A model generated the notes under the pieces. The model saw only the letters and a list, made by a program, of their open reading frames with translations, was not told where the DNA came from and did not search any database. This document shows, in pieces, positions 1 to 6,858 of a stretch of DNA of 7,652 bases. Source of the DNA: Candidatus Iainarchaeum sp. (lineage in GTDB: Archaea; Iainarchaeota; Iainarchaeia; Iainarchaeales; CSSED10-239); the NCBI GenBank assembly GCA_003559395.1, contig PWLL01000002.1, positions 1-7,652 on the forward strand, given 5' to 3'. Every line of letters begins with the position of its first letter. The stretch's first letter is position 1. The translations under genes were made by a program, and so were the position numbers.

Positions 1-17
1 ATCTCTCCGTTCAGTTC

Positions 18-755
18 GTGGATGATGGTGTCATCTATGATCTGTACGGCAAGAACGGGATGCAAATGATCGGAACCGAAGGTCACACCAAGAACGAGAT
101 CTACGAACGCCTCACTGAAGGACTCCGCTCTTGCGACGAGTGTGGTCGTTGGACCGATGCAGGCGCGTACCCGGACTGGGTCAACGGCGTCTGTGAAGAA
201 TGCGATCCGAGCATCCTGGAAGACGAGCCAAGAGGGGACGACATGACCGAAGAAGATGCCGACCTTCACGAGCGCGACACGCTCCGCAGAACCAAGCCCA
301 TCGGGTACTTGGTCATGCGCGCGTGGGAGGAAGGCAAGCTCCGTTACCAGGATGCGAAGCCTGATCTCTTGAAGGAAGCTCTTCACCTGGATCTCAGGAC
401 CTCGATCGGGTCTGGGATCGAGTTCGGGTACGAGCCTTCCACCGATCTCGTTCGTTACGCGTGGCGGACCATCGATGGAGTGGAGGAGGACATCGATGGA
501 TTCATCCATGTGCTTGCCGATGCTGTCGGTGAAGATAGTCCACTCCGTGAGTACATCGTGACTGAGCTGACGACTGTGAGCGCAACCAGCGAAGATGACG
601 CGATCGAACGGGTCGTCAACCGGATCGGTAACCAGGAAGTCGTCGCTCAGGAAGCCGAGTTGACGGACGATGAGCTTCTGGAATATCCACGCCCTGACCC
701 ACTTCCGATGGGCGTCAAGCAGGCTGAGGAGAAGAATGATGACGACCAGGGATGA
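18..755 (+). CDS. Hypothetical acidic protein with a CxxC-x16-CxxC zinc ribbon; may be 5'-truncated by the window edge
   Basis: ORF 18..755 starts at GTG, but the frame stays open back to base 3, so the true start may lie upstream. Cys pairs CDEC (132-143) and CEEC (192-203) are 16 residues apart. The C-terminal half is rich in D/E. Stop TGA at 753-755. No family recognised. Confidence 0.6.
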   Translation: MDDGVIYDLYGKNGMQMIGTEGHTKNEIYERLTEGLRSCDECGRWTDAGAYPDWVNGVCEECDPSILEDEPRGDDMTEEDADLHERDTLRRTKPIGYLVMRAWEEGKLRYQDAKPDLLKEALHLDLRTSIGSGIEFGYEPSTDLVRYAWRTIDGVEEDIDGFIHVLADAVGEDSPLREYIVTELTTVSATSEDDAIERVVNRIGNQEVVAQEAELTDDELLEYPRPDPLPMGVKQAEEKNDDDQG

Positions 756-1194
756 ACTCAACGAGCTGGTTCTCTTCCACGAGGCATTCGCAGAAGAGAT
801 GGGATGGGAGCAGCCACCGGTCATGCTCGTGTCCGATCTCAAGGACCAGTTGATGATCTACATCTTGGCCGAGGGTCATCCCGCTGATGCTCTGAGGACC
901 CTGGAGCCCTTCGAGGATGTCAAGTGGGTCGTCTTGGTGTCTGAAGGATGGACATATCCCGAGTTCCTCATGGATCAGTACACCACTGAAGAGGGTGTCA
1001 GGAACCTCTACAAGTTGCAGCCTCCGTCTCAACATCCACAGCGGGTCGAGGTGCGTCACGTGGTTGGGGTTACACCCGATCATGTCGCGATGGCTCATCG
1101 AAGGCGTGGAGAGGAGCCTACGCTCTTCACTGACGACGAGGATGAGCTTGAAGGAAGAGTCACTGAACAGCTCGTCCGGATCGTAAGAGGATGA
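736..1194 (+). CDS. Hypothetical protein
   Basis: In-frame ATG ATG at 736/739 follows GAGGAG (726-731) and overlaps the upstream stop by 20 nt. The tracked start at 670 would lie deep inside the previous gene. Product starts MMTTRDELNELVLFHEAF; no motif recognised. Confidence 0.6.
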   Translation: MMTTRDELNELVLFHEAFAEEMGWEQPPVMLVSDLKDQLMIYILAEGHPADALRTLEPFEDVKWVVLVSEGWTYPEFLMDQYTTEEGVRNLYKLQPPSQHPQRVEVRHVVGVTPDHVAMAHRRRGEEPTLFTDDEDELEGRVTEQLVRIVRG

Positions 1195-1649
1195 AGGCTG
1201 TCATCATCGACATGGATGGGACGCTATGTGATGTGTCATCCATCCGTTACTTCGTCAACCCGGACCACCCTGATTTCCCAGGGTTCAAGGACTGGGAGTC
1301 GTTCCATGGCGGGGCGATCGATTGCCCGCCGAACGAGGAAGCGCTCACTGAGTACCGACGTGCGAAGGACGAGGGTCTTGCGATCCTCATCGTGACCGCG
1401 CGTATGGAGCAGTGGGCGCTTCCTACGTTGTTATGGCTTCGCGAGAACGACATCGAGCATGATGCTCTGTTCATGCGTGCCCAGAACGATTATCGTAAGG
1501 ACTACGTCATCAAGAGGGAGATCTTGGAAGAGATCAAGGAACAGGGCTATGAACCTGTCAGAGCCGTGGACGATAACCCTGCGGTCATCGAACTCTGGGA
1601 AGAGGAGGGGATCGAGACCATCAAGATCCCAGGTTGGGAGGAACAGTGA
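1191..1649 (+). CDS. HAD-superfamily phosphatase, polynucleotide 3'-phosphatase (Pnkp phosphatase domain)-like
   Basis: All four HAD motifs are in order: I IIDMDGTL (DxDGT), II LIVTAR, III basic RKDYVIKREIL, IV AVDDNP. The 152-aa size matches a capless stand-alone phosphatase domain. ATGA start/stop overlap with the upstream gene. Confidence 0.8.
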   Translation: MKAVIIDMDGTLCDVSSIRYFVNPDHPDFPGFKDWESFHGGAIDCPPNEEALTEYRRAKDEGLAILIVTARMEQWALPTLLWLRENDIEHDALFMRAQNDYRKDYVIKREILEEIKEQGYEPVRAVDDNPAVIELWEEEGIETIKIPGWEEQ

Positions 1650-1984
1650 ACTGGATGTTCTGGATCTGGCTTTTCCTTTGGATCGGTTGGGGGCAGAGCT
1701 TCGTTCGTTCTGTTCCTCCGATGGTGAGGTCGCGTAGATACGACAAGCGATCGAAGATCATCCTGGACAAGATGGTGGCTCATGCATCCGTTCTTGCTTC
1801 AGGTGTCAGCTCGATCGAAGAGCGAGAGCATCACGAGCGCGAGTTCGAGAACACAAGCGTTGCTCTCGACGCTGTCTTCGATCAATGGAAGATGGAGCTA
1901 GAACATGCGAGGAAGCTGAACAGACGCCAGTTCGTGTGGTTGGGATCCATGTTGCTGGTGTTGCTCTTCCTGCACATCACATAG
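1646..1984 (+). CDS. Small membrane protein with a Trp-rich N-terminal TM and a C-terminal TM
   Basis: GTG 1646 overlaps the upstream stop (GTGA) and follows GGGAGGAA (1636-1643). ATG 1655 is an alternative start. Hydrophobic segments are WMFWIWLFLWIGWG and FVWLGSMLLVLLFL, separated by a charged helical middle. Confidence 0.55.
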   Translation: MNWMFWIWLFLWIGWGQSFVRSVPPMVRSRRYDKRSKIILDKMVAHASVLASGVSSIEEREHHEREFENTSVALDAVFDQWKMELEHARKLNRRQFVWLGSMLLVLLFLHIT

Positions 1985-1995
1985 AGGAGAAGAAG

Positions 1996-3237
1996 ATGGG
2001 GAAGCCCCAGGAGAACCATATCAAGGCAGCCCGAGCTGTCTGGGAAGTCATGCAGAAGGAAGCAAGCTCACGAGGGATGGCTCTGTCGAAGAACAAGCAG
2101 TTCGGAGATGGCAGGGTCATCATCGGAGCCGTCAAGACGTTCATCAAGGTGCTCAACGACGAGCGTGGATGGAGGTTCAACGACACGGACTTCGATCTGG
2201 TCCGGTCGTACCTCAAGTCGACCGGGAACGTCGTCGTGCTTTCCAAGGTGGAGAAGTACCGCTACCGGATCTTCATCCGAGAGGAGTGGAACGAGACCCC
2301 TCTCGTGAAGGGGTCTCCGAAGGAGCCGGACTCGATCGATCGACGTGCGGAGAAGCTCACCGCCGATGAAGCAGGAGAGACACGCGAACCTGCTCCTGTC
2401 GAGTTCAAGTGCGTGAGGTGTGTCCCTCCTTCAGTCTGGGGTTCTCAGCCTGCTCTCAATGCGCACATGGCCTTGCACAAGAACGATCAGAAGAAAGAGA
2501 CGCCAAAGCCGAAGATCTACGCAGTGTCTCTTGGTGAGTCTCAGGCTGCGATCCTGACCGTGCTCCTCAAGAACGGCGGCATCGTTTCTCATGTCAAGGG
2601 TGCAACGACCCAGAAGATCGCGAGACAGGATCCTCGGCTTCGGGGCAAGACCAACCAGTCGCTCGGATCGACGATGATCAAGCTGGAGAACGATGGTCTG
2701 ATCACCAGGGATGTGCGTAAGAAGCGGACCTACCGGGTCGAGTTGACCGAGTATGGAAAAGAGGTTGCTGCCGATATCAACAGCTATCGCGCAGCTACTC
2801 AGGTCATCCTTGACTACCTCAAGGAGAACCCGGTGACCGAGTGGAACACCGCGACCATGAAAGATGATCTCGGGGCGTCCGCAGGAGTGGTACCTGATCG
2901 GGTGAGAAGAGCGCTGACCACTCTTGAACATGAGGGGGAGATCACCAGAGGGCAAGCGTCGATGAAGAAGACCCGTATCGTTCTCGCTGGTGCGGAGGGT
3001 CAAGTAGCTGAGCCAGTGAAGGACGCGGAGTCCTTGCCCGCTCCCTCTGGTTTGTTCGAAGAACTCGACGACGCGGTTCTCTTGACGATCTTGGAGAGGA
3101 GGCTCAACAGGAAGGAAGAGGTCGCTTCTTACAAGGAGAAGGTCGAGTTCATCGATTCGATCGTCAGTGAAGCCAACGACGGGAAGATCTCCCCGCTGAA
3201 GGCTCTGGCCGACATCCAGGAAGCGCTGAAGCTCTAG
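1996..3237 (+). CDS. DNA-binding protein: C2H2-like zinc finger followed by two MarR-like winged-helix domains and a C-terminal helical tail
   Basis: ATG 1996 follows GAGGAGAAGAAG and lies 11 nt after the upstream stop. Finger FKCVRC-x14-HMALH at 2404-2478. wHTH-1 is about 2536-2775 (ESQAAILTVLLKNGG..LENDGLITRDVRKKRTYRVELTEYG). wHTH-2 is about 2794-2986 (VILDYLKENP..LTTLEHEGEITRGQASMKKTRIVL). Confidence 0.75.
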   Translation: MGKPQENHIKAARAVWEVMQKEASSRGMALSKNKQFGDGRVIIGAVKTFIKVLNDERGWRFNDTDFDLVRSYLKSTGNVVVLSKVEKYRYRIFIREEWNETPLVKGSPKEPDSIDRRAEKLTADEAGETREPAPVEFKCVRCVPPSVWGSQPALNAHMALHKNDQKKETPKPKIYAVSLGESQAAILTVLLKNGGIVSHVKGATTQKIARQDPRLRGKTNQSLGSTMIKLENDGLITRDVRKKRTYRVELTEYGKEVAADINSYRAATQVILDYLKENPVTEWNTATMKDDLGASAGVVPDRVRRALTTLEHEGEITRGQASMKKTRIVLAGAEGQVAEPVKDAESLPAPSGLFEELDDAVLLTILERRLNRKEEVASYKEKVEFIDSIVSEANDGKISPLKALADIQEALKL

Positions 3238-3245
3238 GAGGAGCT

Positions 3246-3620
3246 ATGTCAGAAGAACTCGTGGACGAGATACTCACGAGACTCGATCGAGCAGGTGAGC
3301 TTGCAGGAGACGGGTTCGAGGTTCTGATCAGGCAGGTCTACCTCTCGGTCGTCACGGATGTCCTCTGGATGATCTTCCTGGGCGTGATCACAGCCTTCTT
3401 CGTCATCACGATCCGGCGTTGTGGCTACATGGGTGGAGAGCACCGGTGGCACGTCAACAAGGGGCCGTACAACGAGTCAAGGGAGCTTGCGGTGATCGGA
3501 TCATCGATCGGTCTCTTGCTCTCGACAGGCGTGATGTTCGCGCTCTTGATGGCTGTGATCCGCAAGCTGATCAACCCAGAGTTCTATGCCATCAGGTACA
3601 TCTTCCAGGCGGTGTCGTGA
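3246..3620 (+). CDS. Membrane protein, 2 predicted TM helices
   Basis: AGGAGGAG RBS (3236-3243) precedes ATG 3246. TM segments are VLWMIFLGVITAFFVITI and LAVIGSSIGLLLSTGVMFALLMAVI. Confidence 0.7.
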   Translation: MSEELVDEILTRLDRAGELAGDGFEVLIRQVYLSVVTDVLWMIFLGVITAFFVITIRRCGYMGGEHRWHVNKGPYNESRELAVIGSSIGLLLSTGVMFALLMAVIRKLINPEFYAIRYIFQAVS

Positions 3621-3769
3621 TGGTCGTCATCGTCGTTGCGTTCTTCGTCTCCTTCGTTGTACTCTTCCTGGGGCTCATGTTCATGGCACTGTTACTTGAA
3701 GCGTGGCCTCTTGTCGCGCTCCTAGTGCTGGTGTTCTGGGCTATGAGTAGAACGAAAGTGCCTCGCTAG
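3620..3769 (+). CDS. Very small (49 aa) hydrophobic membrane protein
   Basis: ATG 3620 shares one base with the upstream TGA (TGATG). Product MVVIVVAFFVSFVVLFLGLMFMALLLEAWPLVALLVLVFWAMSRTKVPR looks like a TM hairpin with a basic tail. The tracked start at 3419 would overlap the previous gene by 200 nt. Short length keeps confidence moderate. Confidence 0.5.
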   Translation: MVVIVVAFFVSFVVLFLGLMFMALLLEAWPLVALLVLVFWAMSRTKVPR

Positions 3770-3774
3770 GGGTA

Positions 3775-3803
3775 TTGCAAGATAGGGCGTTATGTGCTAG
3801 AAT
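3775..3803 (+). promoter_or_regulatory. Sigma70/SigA-type promoter with extended -10
   Basis: TTGCAA (3775-3780), a 17-nt spacer, then TGc-TAGAAT (TG 3795-3796, hexamer 3798-3803). It lies in the largest AT-richer gap of the window. Predicted TSS is about 3809-3811. Confidence 0.5.
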
Positions 3804-3828
3804 AGAGGGCGTCGGAAGAGGTATGCCC

Positions 3829-3866
3829 AAGGCCGGTACCAACAGGTACCGGCCTTTCCTCGTTTC
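3829..3866 (+). terminator. Rho-independent terminator hairpin
   Basis: GGCCGGTACC (3831-3840), AACA loop, GGTACCGGCC (3845-3854). The stem extends by AA/TT to 12 bp and is followed by TTTCCTCGTTTC. Confidence 0.6.
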
Positions 3867-3890
3867 GTGACGAGCCCACTAGGAGACCGG

Positions 3891-4511
3891 ATGACACTAG
3901 CAACTGATGTCATCGCATATCACGTGGATCTGAGCGATGAACTCTATCGTCTCAGGTTCGCCGAGGATTTCGCTGACTGGTTGATGGACCACCGCAGGGA
4001 AGAAGAGGCGCGTGAGTTCCTTCACCTGGTCAAGACGTACGAGGAGTCAACGGAGGAGTACGACCTTGAGGACGTGATCGCGATCGCCGAGGGGTTCAAC
4101 CCGATCGTCGATGTCAACGAGGAGATGGCCGGAGGCAGGAACGCTTCGGATCTCGCGATCCAGATCCTTGAGGAACAAGAAGGCAACCTGAGATGGGATC
4201 AGGAAGCTGCGTTGATCAACCAGTACATCCGTGATTCTGAGCCTGTCTCAGCAGTGCCACGGGATCTCCTCGAACCCGAGTTCCCGAACGTCGATGTGTA
4301 CTTCGATCTCAACCGACCGATCGTGCGCAACGTCCTCGGGATCCCGTTCCATCTCGCAGCCCATGGTCATCATCGCGGCGCGAGAGCGTTCATCCAGGAC
4401 ATGAAAGCCCTACTCAGGACCAAGCCGACGAACTACGCTCTGTTTCAGTTGGCTTGGTCTTACGTCATGATCTACCCAGATCCAGATCAGTACGGACAGG
4501 ACGATTGGTAA
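3891..4511 (+). CDS. Hypothetical, strongly acidic protein
   Basis: AGGAG (3881-3885) lies 5 nt upstream of ATG 3891. The tracked GTG 3867 sits in the terminator tail with no RBS. Hand count is about 41 D/E versus about 17 K/R in 206 aa. No motif recognised. Confidence 0.7.
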   Translation: MTLATDVIAYHVDLSDELYRLRFAEDFADWLMDHRREEEAREFLHLVKTYEESTEEYDLEDVIAIAEGFNPIVDVNEEMAGGRNASDLAIQILEEQEGNLRWDQEAALINQYIRDSEPVSAVPRDLLEPEFPNVDVYFDLNRPIVRNVLGIPFHLAAHGHHRGARAFIQDMKALLRTKPTNYALFQLAWSYVMIYPDPDQYGQDDW

Positions 4512-4547
4512 GCACCCGCGCACCGCGCACCAGCTAAGGAGAACGCC

Positions 4548-4868
4548 ATGGAGAAGGCAGCACCGGTCTATCCGCCACAGCCCGAGTCGATCGATGTCGA
4601 CATGACGACCGTGTACACGGTGATGTCGTTGTTGACCGTCTCGACCGTCGGGCTCGGGATCTCCACGACCTTGTTGTGGAGGAAGGCCCGGAAGAACGAG
4701 GAGTACATCACCGCTCTGGGGGACTACGTCTCGCGCCTGGTGAAGGACACCGAGTGCGGGAAGGTTGCTTACCAGACCTTCCTCGATGACGAGGAGGAGG
4801 ATGAGGTCGTCGTGTGGGACGACGAGAGCGGTTCGCCGTTCCCAACCGAGAGCCAGGAGGTTGAATGA
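4548..4868 (+). CDS. Single-pass membrane protein with an acidic C-terminal tail
   Basis: AAGGAG (4536-4541) precedes ATG 4548. TM segment is VYTVMSLLTVSTVGLGISTTLLW, followed by RKARK and then DDEEEDE. Stop overlaps the next start (ATGA). Confidence 0.7.
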   Translation: MEKAAPVYPPQPESIDVDMTTVYTVMSLLTVSTVGLGISTTLLWRKARKNEEYITALGDYVSRLVKDTECGKVAYQTFLDDEEEDEVVVWDDESGSPFPTESQEVE

Positions 4869-6748
4869 GCATCCTTGATGAGTTGATCCCGGATGCGTCC
4901 ATCGCTGAGGAGTATGTTGGGCGCAAGATACACGGAGGGCACGAAGACCTGGAGATCCTCGACTGGGCACGTCTGGTCGGGGACAACGTCCTGATCAAGG
5001 GACCGACCGGGCCAGGGAAGCGTCAGCCTCTCTCGATTCCTGTGTTGACCCCTCACGGCTGGACCACCAATGGTGATCTATCGATAGACGATGAGATCAT
5101 CGGACGGAACGGATGTCCGACCAAAGTCATCGGCCTTCATCCGATAGAGAAGGCTCTTGCATATCGGATCACCTTCAATGATGGCACGAGCACGCTCGCT
5201 GACGGTGATCATCTCTGGACCGTTCAGAGTCGTAAACAGCGCCGTACCACCGGCAGGTACCAGATCTTGACGACCAAGGAGATCCTTGACCGAGGGATCC
5301 TTGAGCATGGATCGGATCGTGCAACGTCCTACAACTGGTACCTGCCACTCGTAGACCCGATCCAGCACGACAAGGTCGAATTGGAGATCGAGCCGTACCT
5401 GCTCGGAGTCCTGCTCGCGAACGGATCGCTGACTGAGACCTCTGCGGTCTTCACAACCAACGACGAGTTCATCGCTGATCGTGTGCGTAGCGAGACCGAT
5501 GTCAACGAGACCACTCATGCAACTTCCACTGCGAAGCGATGGTTGGTCTACAACAAGGTTCCTGCGCTGAAAGATCTCGGTCTTTACGGTCTGAAGTCCA
5601 GGGAGAAGTTCATCCCCGATCACTACCTCGTGGCGCACGAGGACGCTCGTCGAGATCTTCTCGCCGGGTTGATGGACTGTGATGGGTCTTCTCGCGAGAA
5701 CCGACGTGATCGTTACTCCACCTTCAGCGTCCAACTGGCAGAAGGAGTGGCAAGTCTTGTTCGCTCGCTTGGTGGTGTTGCCAAGGTCTCAACCAGAGAC
5801 CGAAGCGACGGTGACATTGAGTACGAGGTCTCACTCTGGATGCCGGAGACTCCGTTCACTCTCCCAAGGAAGGCAGCACACTCCCCTGGCGAAGAGTGGT
5901 TCCGTGCCATCGCCTCCATCGAACCTGATGGTGACCGCGAGATGCGCTGCATCACCGTGGACGCAGATGACGGTCTGTATGTGATCGAGCATCACATCGT
6001 CACCCACAACACGATGCTGTGCCGTGCGTACTGTGCTGCGCGCGGTATCCCGTTCGTCAACATCAACCCTGGCACGGCGGTCGAGCCGTCGATGCTCACG
6101 GGGAAGGAGGTTCTGCGTTCAGCGTCGTCGTACTGGGTCGATGGGATCCTCACGGCGGCGCTTCGTCGTGGAGACGTGGTGATCCTCTTCGATGAGTTGA
6201 ACTTCTGGCCTCCAGGGGTGACGGGTTTCCTCCACTCGCTCACCGACGATCAGCGCTACATCTACCTCTACGATCATCTCGTGGAGTACGAGGACGAGGA
6301 AGGCAACAAGCAGGCGATGCCGGAGATCATCAAGGCTGCTCCTGACACGCTCATCGTCGCGGCCTACAACCCGCGCTACGAAGGGACGTTCCGCCCGAAC
6401 CAGGCGTTCGAGAACCGGTTCAACGTGCAGTTCAGGTGGGACTACTCGGAGAAGGTCGAGAACACCCTGATCTCGTTGCCGACGCTGAAGGCGATCGCGA
6501 AGGAGCTTCGGCGTATGCATGGCACCGGTGAGATCACGGTCCCGATCTCGACGAACAAGCTGATGCATTTCCAGAAGATGACCGATGATCTAGGATTGAC
6601 CGCAGCGATCGACAACTTCATGTCGTACTTCGATGGCTCCGAGCACGGTGCTGTCGAGAACGTCATGAACCTGAACCGGTCGCGTCTCAAGGAGGAGGTC
6701 AGGTCTGAGACGGGTGTCGATCCTGACAAGGGACGGTTCGTGAAGTAG
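4865..6748 (+). CDS. AAA+ ATPase of the MoxR/CobS (AAA_5) type, interrupted by an intein; predicted spliced product 297 aa
   Basis: AGGAGG (4855-4860) precedes ATG 4865. Walker A GPTGPGK (5000-5020) is completed by T at 6011-6013. Walker B VVILFDE is at 6176-6196. The AAYNPRYEGTFRPNQAFENRF segment matches the AAA_5 sensor/Arg region. Confidence 0.9.
   Translation: MSILDELIPDASIAEEYVGRKIHGGHEDLEILDWARLVGDNVLIKGPTGPGKRQPLSIPVLTPHGWTTNGDLSIDDEIIGRNGCPTKVIGLHPIEKALAYRITFNDGTSTLADGDHLWTVQSRKQRRTTGRYQILTTKEILDRGILEHGSDRATSYNWYLPLVDPIQHDKVELEIEPYLLGVLLANGSLTETSAVFTTNDEFIADRVRSETDVNETTHATSTAKRWLVYNKVPALKDLGLYGLKSREKFIPDHYLVAHEDARRDLLAGLMDCDGSSRENRRDRYSTFSVQLAEGVASLVRSLGGVAKVSTRDRSDGDIEYEVSLWMPETPFTLPRKAAHSPGEEWFRAIASIEPDGDREMRCITVDADDGLYVIEHHIVTHNTMLCRAYCAARGIPFVNINPGTAVEPSMLTGKEVLRSASSYWVDGILTAALRRGDVVILFDELNFWPPGVTGFLHSLTDDQRYIYLYDHLVEYEDEEGNKQAMPEIIKAAPDTLIVAAYNPRYEGTFRPNQAFENRFNVQFRWDYSEKVENTLISLPTLKAIAKELRRMHGTGEITVPISTNKLMHFQKMTDDLGLTAAIDNFMSYFDGSEHGAVENVMNLNRSRLKEEVRSETGVDPDKGRFVK
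5021..6010 (+). mobile_element. Intein (330 aa) with class 3 signature and a LAGLIDADG homing-endonuclease domain, inserted in the P-loop
   Basis: Removing 5021-6010 restores GPTGPGK|T. The C-terminus is THN followed by +1 Thr. Block A-like sequence is PVLTPHGWTTNGDLSIDDEIIG. Block B is ADGDHLW, with His at 5210 and Trp at 5216. Block F is MRCITVD, with Cys at 5948. Thr precedes HN at 6002. LAGLIDADG motifs are LLGVLLANGS (5399-5428) and LLAGLMDCDGS (5657-5689). Confidence 0.85.
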
Positions 6749-6825
6749 CACTGCTCGGAGTGATCCGAGAGCTGATGGGGTACTCCGCCCGCGATCGGCG
6801 CTCCTGTACTCCAGGGGCTCGTCAA

Positions 6826-6858
6826 GGAGGGGGGAGGTCTTCTCCGCCTCCCCCCTCC
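6826..6858. repeat. Perfect 12-bp G/C-rich inverted repeat (hairpin) in the ATPase-partner intergenic gap
   Basis: GGAGGGGGGAGG (6826-6837), 9-nt loop TCTTCTCCG, CCTCCCCCCTCC (6847-6858). No U-tract follows. The structure is seen directly; its function is unknown. Confidence 0.8.

Noticed and set aside
1885-1995. Longer tracked starts for several genes: 1885, 670, 3419, 3867 and TTG 1634
   Set aside because: Each would overlap the preceding gene by up to about 200 nt or lacks an RBS. Internal starts at 1996, 736, 3620, 3891 and 1646 have RBSs or stop/start coupling.
2332-2343. 12-bp palindrome TCGATCGATCGA as a protein-binding site
   Set aside because: It lies inside a CDS and is most simply a by-product of the window-wide GATC/CGATCG enrichment.
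2431-3003. Minus-strand ORF of 190 aa
   Set aside because: It is antisense shadow inside the winged-helix coding region. It has no RBS and no motifs.
3246-3769. Holin/antiholin call for the coupled pair of small TM proteins
   Set aside because: There is no endolysin or other lysis gene nearby. Size and TM count alone are not diagnostic.
3823-3870. A 15-codon micro-ORF as an independent gene
   Set aside because: The GAGG lies only 1 nt from the ATG and the peptide has no distinguishing features. I kept it only as a possible leader within the promoter/terminator finding.
3770-3890. tRNA or other structured RNA gene in the largest intergenic gap
   Set aside because: There is only one hairpin. 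There is no cloverleaf arm arrangement and no T-loop (GTTCRA) or D-loop signature.
4512-4531. Tandem GCGCACC x2, preceded by GCACCC, between two genes
   Set aside because: It is only about 20 nt and imperfect. It is too short to separate from chance in GC-rich DNA.
4410-4970. Minus-strand ORFs of 186 aa and 96/95 aa
   Set aside because: They span two + strand genes and their RBS-bearing junction. The products are Arg/Pro/Gly-rich, which points to antisense shadow.
5021-5023. Class 1 intein, or an ordinary insertion domain in the ATPase
   Set aside because: Residue 1 is Arg, not Cys or Ser, so canonical class 1 chemistry is not available. A plain insertion would not end in HN followed by Thr, would not carry blocks A/B/F/G with two LAGLIDADG motifs, and would leave the Walker A without its Thr.
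5078-5734. Minus-strand ORF of 218 aa inside the intein
   Set aside because: I considered a free-standing endonuclease on the opposite strand. However, both LAGLIDADG motifs and the intein blocks read in-frame on the + strand.
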